From: Camelus ferus
Taxonomy: Eukaryota
Assembly: GCF_009834535.1 (NCBI RefSeq)
Contig: NC_045697.1
Span: 42,472,001 to 42,536,000, forward strand
Length of the DNA: 64,000 nt
Direction of reading: 5' to 3'
Numbering within the stretch: the first letter of the stretch is position 1; every line of letters begins with the position of its first letter. Under the pieces are notes generated by a model. The model was not told where the DNA came from. It worked only from the letters and a program-made list of their open reading frames with translations, and made no database searches. The position numbers were made by a program, and so were the translations under genes. Positions 25,070 to 39,000 of the stretch are shown here, piece by piece.

Positions 25070-25985
25070 ATTTTTTTGTAGTCAGGTTTATTGAAGTATA
25101 GTTTACATGTGGTAAAAGTTTTGAAAAATGTATACAGTTGGCTAATCACCACCACAGTCAAGATAGAAAACATTTGTGTCTCTAAAAAGTTCTCTCATGT
25201 CCCTTTGTAGTCAGTCTGCTCCATCTACTTCCAGCCCCTGGCAACTGTTAATCTAATTAATGTCCCTGTCATTTTGTCTTTCTAGAATATCACATAAATG
25301 AAATCATACAGTATGTAGTCTTTGGTGTCTTCTTTCATTTATAATACTTTTGATATTCATTAAGTTGTTGCATGTTTTAGTAGTTTGTTCTATGGTATGC
25401 TGATAAACATTGTAACAACCTGCTCTCCAAATAAAAAAATCCCTGATTGTAGCATCTGCTAATTATTGCAGTGTAAATACTTTTATCATGGCCCATATTA
25501 AGCTACCTAAAAGCAGCTTGCAAAAGTCCTGAACAGTGGGCTCTCACAAAGCTGTACCAGCCAGCCCTATCACGCCCCTGAATTTGTTCCTTTGTGTTGT
25601 TGAGTAGCATTCTGTTATATTAAGGTATGGCAAATTTGTTCATCCGTTCATGAATTGGACATTTGAATTGTTCCCAGTTTTGGACAATTATGAATAAAGC
25701 TGCTATAAACAGTTGTACAGGTCTATGTGCAGAACAAATGTTTTCAGTTTTCTTGAGTTGTACCTAGGACTGGGATTACTGGGTTTTATGAAAAGTGTGT
25801 ATTTATCAATATCAGTAACTTTTTATTGAAGTGCCAAACTATTTATTTACAAAATGATCATACCATTTTGCGTTCTTATCTGCAGCAATGTAAGAGAATT
25901 TTAGTTGCTCTGCATCCTTGTTGACACTTAGTATTGTCAGTTATTAAGATTTTAGCTGTTATATTAGTGTAGTGGTCTCCTTTAA
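25070..25985 (-). mobile_element. Old L1M 3' region, interrupted by a DNA transposon
   Basis: tttattgaagtatagtttacat...caccaccacagtcaagatagaaaacatt...gaataaagctgctataaac...gcatccttgttgacacttagtattgtcag. Confidence 0.85.
25390..25580. mobile_element. MER63-like hAT-Blackjack element nested in L1
   Basis: gtgtaaatacttttatcatggcccatattaagctacc motif; 8-bp near-TSD agtttgtt (25382-25389) / aatttgtt (25581-25588). Confidence 0.75.
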
Positions 25986-26239
25986 TGTTTTTGACTTCTT
26001 CTTATTTTCAGTAGTACTTGAACTAATGTGAACTAATGTAGGAAGTTTATGAGAGACATAGATAAGTAATTTTTTTTTGGCTTGGTCATCAGTTATCTCA
26101 CTATGAAGGCGCTAACAGTTAAAGGATGCTTCTTTGAATTTCTTACTGTGCAGTTGACTTTTATGTTGTTGGAATTCCTTTTTTAAAGAAATCATCATTA
26201 GAGAATTCTCATACTTAGCTTTTAACATGTTTTAAAAAT

Positions 26240-26375
26240 ATTAATTTAATCATTTATTTTATCTTGGTATGGGGAGGTAGGTAGTTTTATGTATTTTTAG
26301 AGGAGCTACTGGGGGTTGAACCAGGACCTCAAGCATGCTAAGCATGTGCTCTATCATTTGAGCTATGCCTTCCCC
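26240..26375 (-). mobile_element. tRNA-Ala-derived SINE (camelid vic-1-like)
   Basis: Reverse complement reads ggggaaggcatagctcaaatgatagagcacatgcttagcatgcttgaggtcctggttcaacccccagtagc (A and B boxes) plus tail; TSD-like cttttaacat on both sides. Confidence 0.88.
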
Positions 26376-26639
26376 AACTTTTAACATTTTTAAAAATGCA
26401 GCTTTGAAAAAGCTAGATAAAGCTTTGTTTCTTTAAGAAAAATTTAGAATTAAAAAATTCCCAATTTATAGTACATGTCTTCAATTTTTAATTTGACTTA
26501 AAGGGGGGAAAATAGATAATTCAATCATGTAGTCTTTGAAGTCATCCCAGATCTTGTAAGGAGCATTGATTCATCCATAAATGATTGTAGCATTGCTTTT
26601 CAATATTTAGAAAGCTGATTTTCATGTATTATAATGTAT

Positions 26640-27310
26640 GTTCCTCTCAGTTAAGGTGACGTTTGAGCAGAGACCTGAAGCATTTATGGAGTGAGAGTTT
26701 TAGATCTGAGAGAGGAGCAGGTGCTGAGGCCCCGAAGTAGGAGGGTGCTCGAAGTGTTCAGAGAACACCAAGAGGTTGGCTGGAGGGAGGTGAGAGCTGA
26801 GGTCAGGGTGGTGGAGGCGCCTGCAGACCGCGTAGGCCAATGTCAGGATTTTGACTTCTGATCTCAGTGAATTTGAGCCTGGACTGTGTCCTCTGCGTGG
26901 ACAGAGATGTACTCCCGTCTCCTTGAAGTTTCTGAGGTAGACCACCCTCTCCTGTCTGTAAGCCTTTCCTCCTACCAGAAATAGCGTTTGCTTGCCCCTC
27001 CCGTGTGTTCTCTTACCACCCTGTCGTACCTCTGCTAAACAGATGCTTTGTTTGTCTCCTCCTCCTAGATGGAGGTCCTTGATTGATTTTTCTTTTTAAA
27101 GAATTCCTTTGAATTCCTTTTTCATTGAATGAATGTTAAGTTATGGCATTGCTGAAAATGAAGTTAATCACTGAAAACTGGGTAGGAGAGACCGAACAGT
27201 ATTGCTTGTGTGGATGTGGATTCTGTCTGTTTTGCTGACCACTGTACATCTACTGCTGGGGCAATGAGCTGTGCATAATAGGTGCTCAGTAAATGCTTGG
27301 TGAATGAGTG
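26640..27310. mobile_element. L2 fragments (both orientations)
   Basis: aaggtgacgtttgagcagagacctgaag (-); cataataggtgctcagtaaatgcttggtgaatgag (+ 3' end). Confidence 0.7.
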
Positions 27311-30300
27311 CATATCCATGTACCAGCCTCTGTTCGCTCTTTCCTCTGCTTCTCTTGAACCCACGGGCAAGCCTCCCCAAATCCCTTGACATGTTTCCCT
27401 GTGGCTTTATCCTCTATCTAGCTGCATGCTCAAGAAATGCCAAATGCTTAGATAATTCATTCATTCCAAGCAAATGTAATCATAAATGTAGATAATTTCT
27501 CTCCAAGCTAAATAGATAGGGTTTTTTTGCACAATGTTTTGATTCATACACACTTCTGTTTTCCTTTCTTCAGTGGAAATTTTTTGAGGTTACTTTATTA
27601 CTGGGCCCTCAAATCTTTAACAAACAAGACACTGATAGGTCTCGAATATCACTTCTATGAACAACTGAAGCAGGAGCCCTGCGGAGTGCGAAAAGCCTAA
27701 TACCATAAATAATGTGTTTCTTTTGGTTGAACAGGCAGTTGTCGTTGGTGTATTTACTCGACTGTATGAGTGCAGAGCTGTGGGGTTTTGTGCTCACCAC
27801 TGAGTCTGCAGAAGTGTCAGGCTCCAGCGTAGACACCTTCAACCTCGGAACATCTAGGTTATCATCTTAAGCCTAGGATTGGTAACGGTAACTCTGAATC
27901 CCTCAGTCCACACATCTCAGGCTTCCTCGTCCTGTCTGACCCCCTAGTACCTGCATGTCTTTGAACCTGCAGGAGAAGGATGTTGGGAGAGGCTAAGTAA
28001 TGGATCTGCAGAAGCTATAAGACTTGAGGCAGAATATTTAAAGTAATGTCTGTTAGTGATATGGGTCATTTTCCCTCCATTTTTGTTTAACCAAAAAAAT
28101 CAGTGTGTAATAGATTGTCTTGTGTATAATAGAACATGAATATGGGATTATTGATCGTGTTGTAATCCATTGTGACAAGTCTAGTGATGATGTGCCCTGT
28201 AGTTTTTTAATATGAGATACTTTGTATATTAGCCCACTTAAAGTGGATACTATGGGTGTTTTGACCAACTACACTGTGACTTCACTAAATGCTGAGGTTT
28301 TGCTTTGTTTTGGGTTTGAATTTGTTGTTACTGTTTTAATGGTTATGTGTGAGTAGGGCCTTGGTTTTATTTCTCTAGTAGAACAGTCTTACTGTTAAAT
28401 TTGCATATTGGTTTCAAGGAAAATTATTAGCAACTTAGATTCTAAGTTTCCTTCCATAAAATTTAAAAATTTTTTTTCACCGGCTTCTATTTGTATATAG
28501 AATATTAGTGTATGACTTGGCACAGTATTAATGCATTTAGTTATTTTAAGTTTAATGTGTCATTGCTTTGTGATCAGGTGTTCCAGTACCCCAAGCAAAA
28601 CCCTTTCTATCATTATGCTAACCCACTAGCCCATACTTTGAAGTCTTAAGAAAACTGAATCCCTAAAGAGACATAGGTGGTAGGTGGTACTGTAGTTATG
28701 CATTTTGGTGAGGTTGCAAACTTAGATTAGTAACTTTAAGTCAACTAGATACACGTGAAGCCACAATGGATTTAAAGTACCACTGTACTGTATTTTGGAG
28801 TTTTAAAATAAGACAACTGAATGAGGATTTTTTTTTTAATAAACTAATTACAGTTTGTTTCTTTTGTGTGTGGCCTAATCCTTTTAAAGTACTTGTTATT
28901 ACTACCTATAAAAGATAAGTGCGTATTTATAATGGTACTTCTGAGGCCCCCAAATTAAGAGAATTGAATTACTTCTGCCTCTGCCACAAGAAAGCTGTTA
29001 CTTTGGGTGGGTCACCTGTCCTGTCTGGCCCCTGGTTCTTCATCTATTGGCAGTTCTTTCCACTCCAGATCCCTCAGATGATAGAGATCATTGCATTCTG
29101 ACACTAATTCTTTTAGCTCTCCTTGTTTCTTAAGCCCTTGGTGCCTATGTTCTGAGAGGTATCATGTTACAGCTTGACTTTTGACATGTCTGATAGGTAT
29201 GTCTTCAACACTCGATGAGTCGACCGGGCCCAGCTTCCTCTTCCTGTATAGTGTTTCTTCCTAACTTGTGTCCCTCTGTTCTCCAGCCAGTAAGGACTTC
29301 AAGGAGACCAATTAATTTAATATAGCCTAAGAAGAATAGGAATCTGTTATATAGTCATTATCTGACGTCAGAAAGTCACTACAACATTATTTTGTTTTAT
29401 CTGCTATTTTTTATTCAGGGGGAACAACTTATGTACCTGCACAGGACCTTGTAGGTTTGTTCCCTTGATCTAGGTGAAGCATCCACCCACATAGCTTTTG
29501 CTTTAAAAATTACATAACTTAGGAGGTGATTAATTATTGTGTATAGAACTCAATGTATCTTCTCAAAATATCCAAATCTCTTAGTATGTTTTGAGTGTTT
29601 GAGTTTAGGAAAGCAACTTATTTACTTGTTTTAATTTCCCTAATATTTATTCAAACTGCATTACCTTACTGATATATTTTTTAAATTTTGAAGAAATTAC
29701 AAACTCAAAGTTTCGAAACTAGCAGGTCCTCATGTGCCCATCACCTAATCACCCTTCCCCCAGTGATAATGTCTTAAGTGTCTATGGTACAGTGCTGGTT
29801 TGTATTTTATTATTAAAAAGCATAATGATCATGCTCATTTTGAAAAATGTTGACAGATAGAAGAATGTTGATACTTTTGTTCTCAGAGAGTGAAGAGTTT
29901 AGCTTCTATGCTTTGAGTCCATGGGCAGCAGACCAAGGGTCTGTTTCTTCCCTGAATTTCTTATAAAAAGGGCAACAGTTCACTAGGTGAATGGCTGATA
30001 TTTTTTACCAATTAGGTCATTGACAGCCCTGAAATCTAGTCAGGTAAAACTCAGTCATGTGGCATTCTTCTTAATTCCTTTTTTCTAGGCTCTTTTATTT
30101 AATCACTACTATATTTGCTTACTGGAACTCCCATTCTTAACATGTAACAGAATATAAAGAAAGAAATATTGGGCAGTTAGTCAAGGGATGGTATTTATTA
30201 AGTACATACTATCACTGTGTTGAATATAGAGGAGATTTCAAAAAAGTCAAGGGGTGTTTACAGTGTAGTTGAATAAACAGCTGTAGAACATTATATTGTG

Positions 30301-30919
30301 TAATATATTTCAGCAAATTTTGTTCTCTAAGTACACATAGGCATGTAATTGGCCTGCAGTAAGCACTGAGTGAATGAATATAGTTAGGTAATAAGCATGT
30401 TGTCAGAAAATTATGTAAGTCTTAAGAAAATAAATGTTTACTGTCACTCTTAGGAATTCTAAGGCTACTCGTTATCAAGTGAAAGAATGATAATACATGT
30501 CTTATTGTGCTTCTTTATTCTCTTTGTCCTAGAAATCCCTCAGTAAATTCATAATCAGATTTTCTTGATTAAAGCCTGGGTTTCTCTGACTCGGAAGCCC
30601 AAGTTCTTTTCCCATTGCACACTGCTCAATAAGACACAGTAGTAGGTGATTTAAGTGACAAATGCCATAGTTAAGTAAACAAGTATTAAATAAAAATAAA
30701 CTGCCAGTTATTTTTAGAAATATCATTATGTATTGATTGCCTAATAATTTTATTTAACCTGATTTATTTGTGTAATGACTAGTGATTAAATTAGACTAAA
30801 CAAAAGGATTCAGCTTGCTCTGAGAACCTAGTTCTTATTTCCCAACATGATAATACACTGTAAATAGATTCTCAAATGATGCTATAATGTACTCTAATAA
30901 CTCTGTGCTTTTTTTCAAA

Positions 30920-31200
30920 CTATTTATTCAGTGTTTTATTGTGTGCTGTCCTTTATTGTGTACAGTGGGAGCTACACTGATGTTTAAGACACGAATAGTT
31001 CTGTTCTCAATAACTTTATAACATAGTGGAGATAAGACAGATGCATAGAGAACTGGATTGTCTATGATCAGTCTGTCTGAGAGGCACAAAAGTTCTATGG
31101 ACACTTAGGGAGTAGAAAGATTATTTTTAGTTGAAATGATTAGGGTAACCCTAAGATGATGTTTGAGCTGAATATCAGGGGGATTGATAGAACTTCCTTG
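30920..31200 (-). mobile_element. L2 3' fragment
   Basis: tttattcagtgttttattgtgtgct...gatgatgtttgagctgaatatcagg. Confidence 0.55.
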
Positions 31201-34200
31201 GTGAAAACTGTGAGATTTGCTTATATCAGAATTACACAATATTATAAAATGAATTGATTCCACCATCAATGAATCAGATGAGGTCTCTTGGGAAAAAAAA
31301 TTAATCTGAGTTTATTATTTAAGCAATTAGAATAAGGATTAGAAATAAAATAAAACACTTAGAAGAAAGCATATTTTTAATATGAAAACTTTAGTTTTGC
31401 TCCTGAAGTATTCCACAATTACGGTCACCATGATAATTGTACTAAATATGACTTCCTTAGCATGTATTCTTTTTCAAGATAATTTGATCTATTGGATTGA
31501 TGACAGATGTGCTTTATATATTTCATTACATTTGCTAAGTCCAGAATAAATTAGATGAGTTATCTCTTTGGTCAAGATGAAAATGAATTTATTACTGTTC
31601 TATTATTTCTGAAGTCTGACCTGTGTTTAAAGTATTTCTATAAATCTGAGTGAAATAGCATTGAAAAAATTATCTTGACATTGTGAAGTTCAGCATTGCT
31701 AAGAGGTAGCTGTTGGTGGGGGGCTTACAGGAAAGGCTGGAGGAGGAAGGGAAAAGACAGTGTGGGTAAATGGGAACAGCACAGGGGGAACAGAGAGAGA
31801 GAAAAGAGTTCCCTGTAAAGGGGACTTGTTCTGTGGCTGTCATTCAGTCTAGCAGATGCTGACCTGTACCTGGTCAAACCTGGAGCATTTCCAAAAGCTC
31901 GTTTCTTCATCAGACTTATAAAAAAGCAGAAAATGTTGAGTTTGCTTTAGTTGTACAATAAATATTAATGAAATATGGTGTCATACCATGCATGTGTATT
32001 CCCCACCTCTTTTTCCACAGAGACCTAGATTTAAATCTGAGTCACCAGAGTAAATAAGTTCAGTGATTCCCAGCTTGTGTTAGGTTGTGTAACTAGCCCA
32101 GGCACTGACATAGGTGTTTATGTTTTCAGGAGGGTATGGGGAAGCCTGACAAGACATGGCAGCTGCTGAAAAGGCATTAAGGCCACCGGTAACACTGACA
32201 TGCACTTGTGTGATTGGGCAGAGCAGGGGGAAATGTGCTGAATAGCCTTTCTGAGATGACAGTACTGGTTGATCTCTGTTCATAGCTAGGAGGATTGTAT
32301 CTTTCTTAGAAAGCTTATTCTTTTTTCTCTTCATGGATTTTCATGCACTTTGATTTTTCTCAGCCCAATACATTCATCAAAAATGAGCCGTTTTTTGACT
32401 GTTGCTTGCCAGTGTTAAGCGATCTTTAAAAGGATCCTCATATTCTAGCCTTTCTTCATCCTACTCTGCTTGTTGACACCCACTTTAGTGCAGAGTTTAA
32501 TAGTTGCTTTGCATATCCTAATGCCGTCTGACAAAGCATCATTCCAGTCCAGTGAAGTTCTGTTCAGTAAGTGCTATTTTAATGGGAAGAAGACTGGTTG
32601 CATTCCAGTACCTAATTGTTAGTTTGGTCTTGTTATTTCACATCAAGCCTACTTACAGATAGTGATCATACCTGCATGTGTTCTCTTTAGTTTTGTTAAA
32701 CGTTTAGAAATGCTCTTATGTAGCATATTGGCTATACTGATCTGTATTTTAAAAATCTTTATCTCATTTTTCTAAGTAGCAAAGGTAAGTACTATGCACA
32801 GGTTTTGAGTTAGACTTCGGCATTTCATCATCTGTTTCATTAAGAGATCGATTAAAAAGTCCTATTTTTATTAAAATTTAAAGATGGCAAAGTGACTACT
32901 TTAGTAAAGAATGCTGTAGCTTATTGGAGTTACAGTTGAAACTAAGTTTCATTATTATTTTCCGCATGAGAGTTTAACTTACTATAAAATGTCTATGAAT
33001 AGCAATTTAGAAGATAAATAAATTGACCAGTAATTCATTCCCAGCTGCCTGATAAAGAAGTCCTACCAAAGTAAACAAGTAGTAAAGTGAACTTTTGAAA
33101 GATAAATACTAAACATAGTGTTAGATTAAGGAGAATGTTATAATAATATAAAGTTAGAATAGAGGAAAGTAATTGCCTAATGAAAGGTTAAGAGCACCTG
33201 AAATTAATCCGTGATGTGAGCTGCATCTGGCCCTGTGTCTGTCAATCAGCAGGGAGTTGTTTTGGGGAAATGAGACTCATCCTCCTTGGTTTTCTTAGAG
33301 TAAGATCCTGCCTGGCAGTTATCATTCCACGGTGACTGTATTGCACTATAAGATAAGTGTATTTGACACTCTTTTTACTAACCATCTAAATCCTTGATTT
33401 ATTTATTTTTATTCAACGAGAGTATATTAAGTCTATTTGGTGTGCTAAAAATATTAAGATGATAAGACACTATTCCTCCATTCTAAGAACTAGTAAACTA
33501 GTTTAGTTCGTGAGCAGATAATTACTAAATAATGTGGAAGTGACGTCTGTTTTGAGGCTTTATTGGCTTCCCTCTTCAGCCACAGTTCCTTATTGCCCAT
33601 TGTAGTTCTCGCTGCAGCTCTCTTGGCTTATAAGGGGCCTGAGGTAAATATACACCTTTTTCTTTGAGTCTTGGATTACTTTACCGTTTTTTCTTATATT
33701 CATGATGATCCCATTAGTGACTTGATCTTTAGTTAGGAATCAATGTAGAGAAAGCTGGGAGAGGAAACAGCTTTGATGAGGGTATAGTATTAGTAACAAA
33801 GCTAGACTTAGGAAAAATGATGAGAATCTCATTTTTTGATACTAAAAGGAATTAGAAATTTAATTATGTTTTATAAAGAAGAATTCATCATTGATCAAAA
33901 GATATACTAATTTATATGACTATATATATGCACTTATATGACTGTATATAATTATATATATATACACACACACACATAGTGTTTTTTTGTGTCAAGAAAT
34001 TACTGCTTGAGCTCTTGGGAATGAAATGGTCATTTCTATATGCTATAATAGAATATATTTACAAAATGCAGCATAATTATCTTTTTCTCTACTTTTAAAA
34101 ATTATAATCTGATTAAAAAATTTTTGGCATGTTAATGTCCAGGGATCATATTATTTTAATACTATGGTATTCCAAAGCTTCTAATTCATACCATTTAGAA

Positions 34201-34309
34201 AATTTTTCTCTCTTGTGTATCTGCTTATTTGCTTTGTTTCTAAATTCTGTCAAGTTTGTGTGCTTTTACCCTGTCTCAAGATTTGGTAGAATCTTGTTGC
34301 ATTTGTGCT

Positions 34310-35000
34310 GTGACAGAGCACGGCCAGGTTTTAGAGGAGGGCTGGGCTTACTGTTATGAGGATGCACTAGGATGAGTCCACACTTGAGATGATGCTGCAT
34401 GTTAGAGCCAGCCTCACCTCAACTACAGGTATTGAGGAAAGGTTATTAGTAACCCGTGTCAGGCACAGAACAGCCAGAGAACAACCTACATAGCCTGTTG
34501 TTAATAGGGATTCAAGGTGAAGAAGCACATGGAATCTTAGAAAGAAAAATGAATGAACAAGTCCATAAGTGTGTACATATATTATATGGATGGTTGTCAG
34601 AGAATTCTGTCTGTGGGTACTGGGCTCTAGGTAATGGCCTGATCCCCGTCCTGGGATTGGGACTCGTAATGGAAAGTAGGTGTCCCAGTACCAGGAAGAG
34701 ACCAGGCAGGGACCAGACTAGGAACCTCTACAAGTGTCAGAAGTCAAGTTACAATAACTGAGGTATAAACAGGGCCAGAACAGCAGAGAGGGTAAGAGTA
34801 GAACACAGAGGGTATCAGAGTAAGTGAAAATCCTAGTCATCTAACCTGGGGAATGAAGGCTGGGTGAGTTAACGTTAATGGCGACTTGATCTGGAATCAG
34901 AGATTAGAAGTCAGAAGTCCATATTAGTGATCTAGGATTTAAGTGATGGTAGAAGCAAGGCACATGGAGAGCAGAAACAGGCTAGACTTGAAATTCGTTT
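34310..35000. mobile_element. Possible ancient LTR-derived block
   Basis: Starts tgtgaca; purine-rich gtcagaagtc repeats typical of old LTRs; family not recognised. Confidence 0.3.
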
Positions 35001-35369
35001 ATATGCTATTATCTTTTAAGGACAGAATTCATTTCCATTGTTAATCAGTAATCATTCACTCTGCTTTGTTGGCACTGGTATGAGATCACGAGATGCAGAG
35101 AACTGCTGACAGTTCATAGTAATGTCTTAACAGGGAACTGGTGCTAAAATGAACAGACTGAAGCTTTAGGGTAAATGTGCTTTCTTGCAAAATAGGAGGA
35201 TATGAAAAAGCATATTAGGCATGAGAGTTCTAATGTCACAATTCTGAAGGCAAAAGTACACTAAGTTTACTTTTTGAGCAGGATAAGAGGAAGCAAGGAA
35301 AATGTACGATTATAATTTGACATTAAAATGAGAACCATACCTTTTTACTTCCTAGAAGAAGTCATAGTA

Positions 35370-38300
35370 GCATTTTGGGATTGCAGTCAGCTGATATGCA
35401 CCAGTTTAAAGGGGAACAAAAGGCATTTTTGGAACCCATACTGGAAATTGAATGATGAATTGAATGGGTGGGGCTTGAGCAGAAGAAACTAGAGGAGCTC
35501 TTGGGAGCTCATCAGCAATTTTTATACCTTAGACCCCTGCCATTAATGTAACTTTGCTGTAGAGATTTAGTCTCTGCCTTGTCTTTTTAATTTTTATATT
35601 CCAACAAGAAAGGATTGGATTAGCCCTATTCAGACCAGGTATCTGTCTCCCAGAGCCAGGGGATCCAGGATTGTGATATATACTCATAGCCCCAGGAGTC
35701 TGCCCCTGTGCTGGCGGTCATCCCTACAGAAGGAGAAATCAAAAGCTGGGCAGCCCTCCTGGAGGAGTGTCTAGAATAGCTCACGGTTTAGTAGTTTAAC
35801 TATCCCTTTTCTTTCCCTTCTCTTCTTTCCCCTCACTTCCCTCCCCACTTGTATACATGTCAGGATGACCCTGCTATCTCCCATCCATGGAGGCAGTTTT
35901 TCTAGTGGGAGAAAATATGAAGCAAGCTGAAGTGCCATGTCCAGAGGCAGTGCCATGGGGCTACTGATTGTGGGTGATACTGTGCTGCCCCTGATTGCAT
36001 TATGATTCTTTCCTGATACTTTACAACTTAAATTTAATTCCTGCGAACTTGCTAACTGCATGATTAGGGGAAAGGAAAAGGAAATAAAATGTATTTAAGA
36101 GGAAAGATGGGGGTATTTACACACACCAGTGACTAGTAAGGAAATTAGTTAAATTAAATTCTTAGAATTGTACCAGTGCACATACCCTAATCTGTTCCAC
36201 TTCAGATTTCATACATTCTGCTGGCCTCTTGACTTATTAGGGTTCTGTTCCTAACAAGCTGACCCAGTCCTTCATTCTTGAAAGGGTCTGAGCTCCTGGT
36301 AGTTCTAACCATATGGGATTGTGATAGTCTGCCACTAACCTAACACTGCCCAGTACTGCCAGAACATACTCCAGTGGGTTCCCCTAAGTTCTTCTCGAGG
36401 CCTTCCTAGTCCCCAAAGGTAGAGTAGCAACCTCTTCCTTCCCCTTGATAGTCATGGACAGTCATTCTCAACCCATTCTCTAGCCTCCGTTTTTGCTTGT
36501 TTTTCTACTGCCACGAAGAAATTAAACGGAACATGATAAGCTCAGCTTTCAGTAGAGTGAAAGTTATTGTCTCCTGATGTAAGTTCAAGATCAGCATATT
36601 CCAGAGTTAATGACACAAGAAGTAAAACTTTGAGAGCAGAGAAGACACTACTTTGCTATTAACCTTTGGTTCCCACATCCATTATGTTCTGGAGATGAGA
36701 CAGCATATGTTGGTTAATGCTTCAGAGCCCATTTTGTATACTGCAGGATAGCACCCCAAATTCAGAAGTTTTTACCTGGGCAACAACTCTTATATCAAGC
36801 TTCGAGATATAGTTATTGCTTCCTACGATGGGGCAGCTGTGTCTGAGTTAGAGTCTGTTTGATAACACTGATGGGGCCCTGAGCATCTATCTACCCAGTG
36901 CCATTTAAAGTGAACTCCTGGGTCAGAGGCCATGTGATCTATAGGAAGCATTCGGTTAATCCTGCAGAGTGGTGCTGGCAGTAGCAAATTCAGAATTGGT
37001 GTCTCTTACATCAGGAATCAGCCATCACCATTTCTATAATTCAAAGGGCTTGATGTAATTTGCCTGCTAAGAGGTAGTGCCTGTGGGGGACTCAGGCAAA
37101 TGGGTTCTCAACAGTAGTGGTAGTGAGGTCACTGTTAGTGTAGTTGATCCCTTACGTAACTGCTTCTCCTGCCACCTGGTTTTGGTTATTTTCATGAAAC
37201 CCCTGAGCAAGGACTAGGCTGGTTGAAGAGAGAGTATGGCTTAATCTATGAGGGTCATTTGTCCACCCAGTTATTATGAGGTTTTATATTTTGATTTGTT
37301 TGCTCTGGCAGCAGCAGGGATTTTTCTTAACTTTTTTTTTAGTAAAGTATAGTCAATTTACGATGTTATGTTAATTTCTGGTATGCAGCATAGTAATTCA
37401 GTTATACATGTATATATTTTTTCATTGTAGACTATTATAAGGTATTGAATATAGTTCCCTGTGCTATACAGTATGACCTTATTGTTTATCTTTTATATAT
37501 AGTATTGTGTATCTGCAAATCCTGAACTTCCAATTTATCTCTACTTCCTCCTTCCCCCTCCAGTAACCATAAGTTTGTTTTCTGTGTCTGTGAGGTTGTC
37601 TCTATTTTGTAAATAAATTCATTTGTGTCCTTTTTTTCAGATTCCACATATAAGTGATATCATATGGTATTTGTCTTTGTTTGGCTTACTCGCTTAGTAT
37701 GACGATCTCCTGGTCCATCCGTGTTGCTGCAAATGGCATTGTTTCATTCGTTTTTATGGTTAAGTAGTATTCCACTGTGTGTATATGTGTGTGTGTGTGT
37801 GTGTGATACACACACACACACACATATATATATATCACAACTTCTTTATCCAATCATCTGTCAGTGGACATTTAAGTTGCTTCCATGTCTTGGCTGTTGT
37901 AAATAGTGCTGCTATGTACATTGAAGTGCATAGAATTAGAGTTTTTGAATTAGAGTTTTCTCCAGATACATGCCCAGGAGTGGGATTGCTGGATCATAAG
38001 GTAAATCTATTTTCAGTTTTTTAAGGAACCTCCATACTGTTTTCCATAATGGCTGCACCAAACTACATTCCCACCAACAGTGTAGGAGGGTTCCCTTTTC
38101 TCCATACCCTCTCCAGCATTTATCATTTGTGGACTTTTGAATGATGTCCATTCTGACTGTTGTGAGGTGATACCTCATTGTAGTTTTGATTTGCATTTAT
38201 CTGATAATTAGTGATATTGAGCATTTTTTAATGTGCCATATGTATGTCTTTGTTGGAGAACTGCTTATTTAGGTCTTCTGCCCAGTTTTGGATTGGGTTG

Positions 38301-39000
38301 TTTGGCTTTTTGTTATTGAGTTGTGTGAGCTCTTTGTATATTCTGGAAATTAAGCCTTTGTCAGTTGCATTGTTTGTAAATATTTTCTCCTGTTCCCTTG
38401 GTTGTCTTTTCATTTTGTTTATGATTTCCTTTTTCTGCATAAGCTTTTAAGTTTAATTAGATCCCATTTGTTTATTTTTGCTTTTATTTTTATTGCCTTT
38501 GGAGACTGAGCTAAGAAAACATTGCTACAGTTTATGTCAGAGAATGTTTTGCCTATATTCCCTTCTAGAAGATTTATGGTGTCCTGTCTTATGTTTAAAA
38601 GTCTTTAAGCCTTTTTGAGTTTATTTTTGTGTATGGTGTGAGGGAGTGTTCTACCTTCATTGATTTACACGTGGCTGTCAAGCTTTCCCAACACCATTTG
38701 CCAAAGTATATACCACGAAGGATACTTGCCTCCTTTGTCGAAGATTAATTGACTGTAGGTGTGTGGGTTTATTTCTCGGCTCTCTATTCTGTTCCATTGA
38801 TCCATATATCTGATTTTTATGCCAATCTGATGAGGAACTTTTTTAGGCTGTGGCCTTGTTGTGAGAGGTTCATTCAAATAACAATTTCCTAAATTTCCCT
38901 GCTATTTTTCTCTCTGATCTTTTTCTTCAAGACCACTGATCATGGCACAGAAAAGGGAAGGACTGTAGGCTCCCCACCCATTCCAAGGAGTGTCTACAAC
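35370..39000 (-). mobile_element. Old MaLR LTR (about 35370-35780) with attached MaLR/ERVL internal sequence, split by an L1 insertion
   Basis: MLT1-like LTR, then internal motifs (aagctgacccagtccttcattcttgaaagggtctgag; ttggttcccacatccatt; tatactgcaggatagcacccc). Similar sequence resumes after about 38830. Confidence 0.7.
37332..38826 (-). mobile_element. LINE-1, 5'-truncated (ORF2 C-terminus, 3'UTR, poly(A))
   Basis: ORF fragments [15 protein letters not shown]...[37 protein letters not shown] and [24 protein letters not shown]. Confidence 0.95.

Noticed and set aside
26295..26375. tRNA-Ala-like sequence
   Set aside because: Degenerate stems, a SINE tail and TSD, and a second diverged copy: a SINE head, not a tRNA gene.
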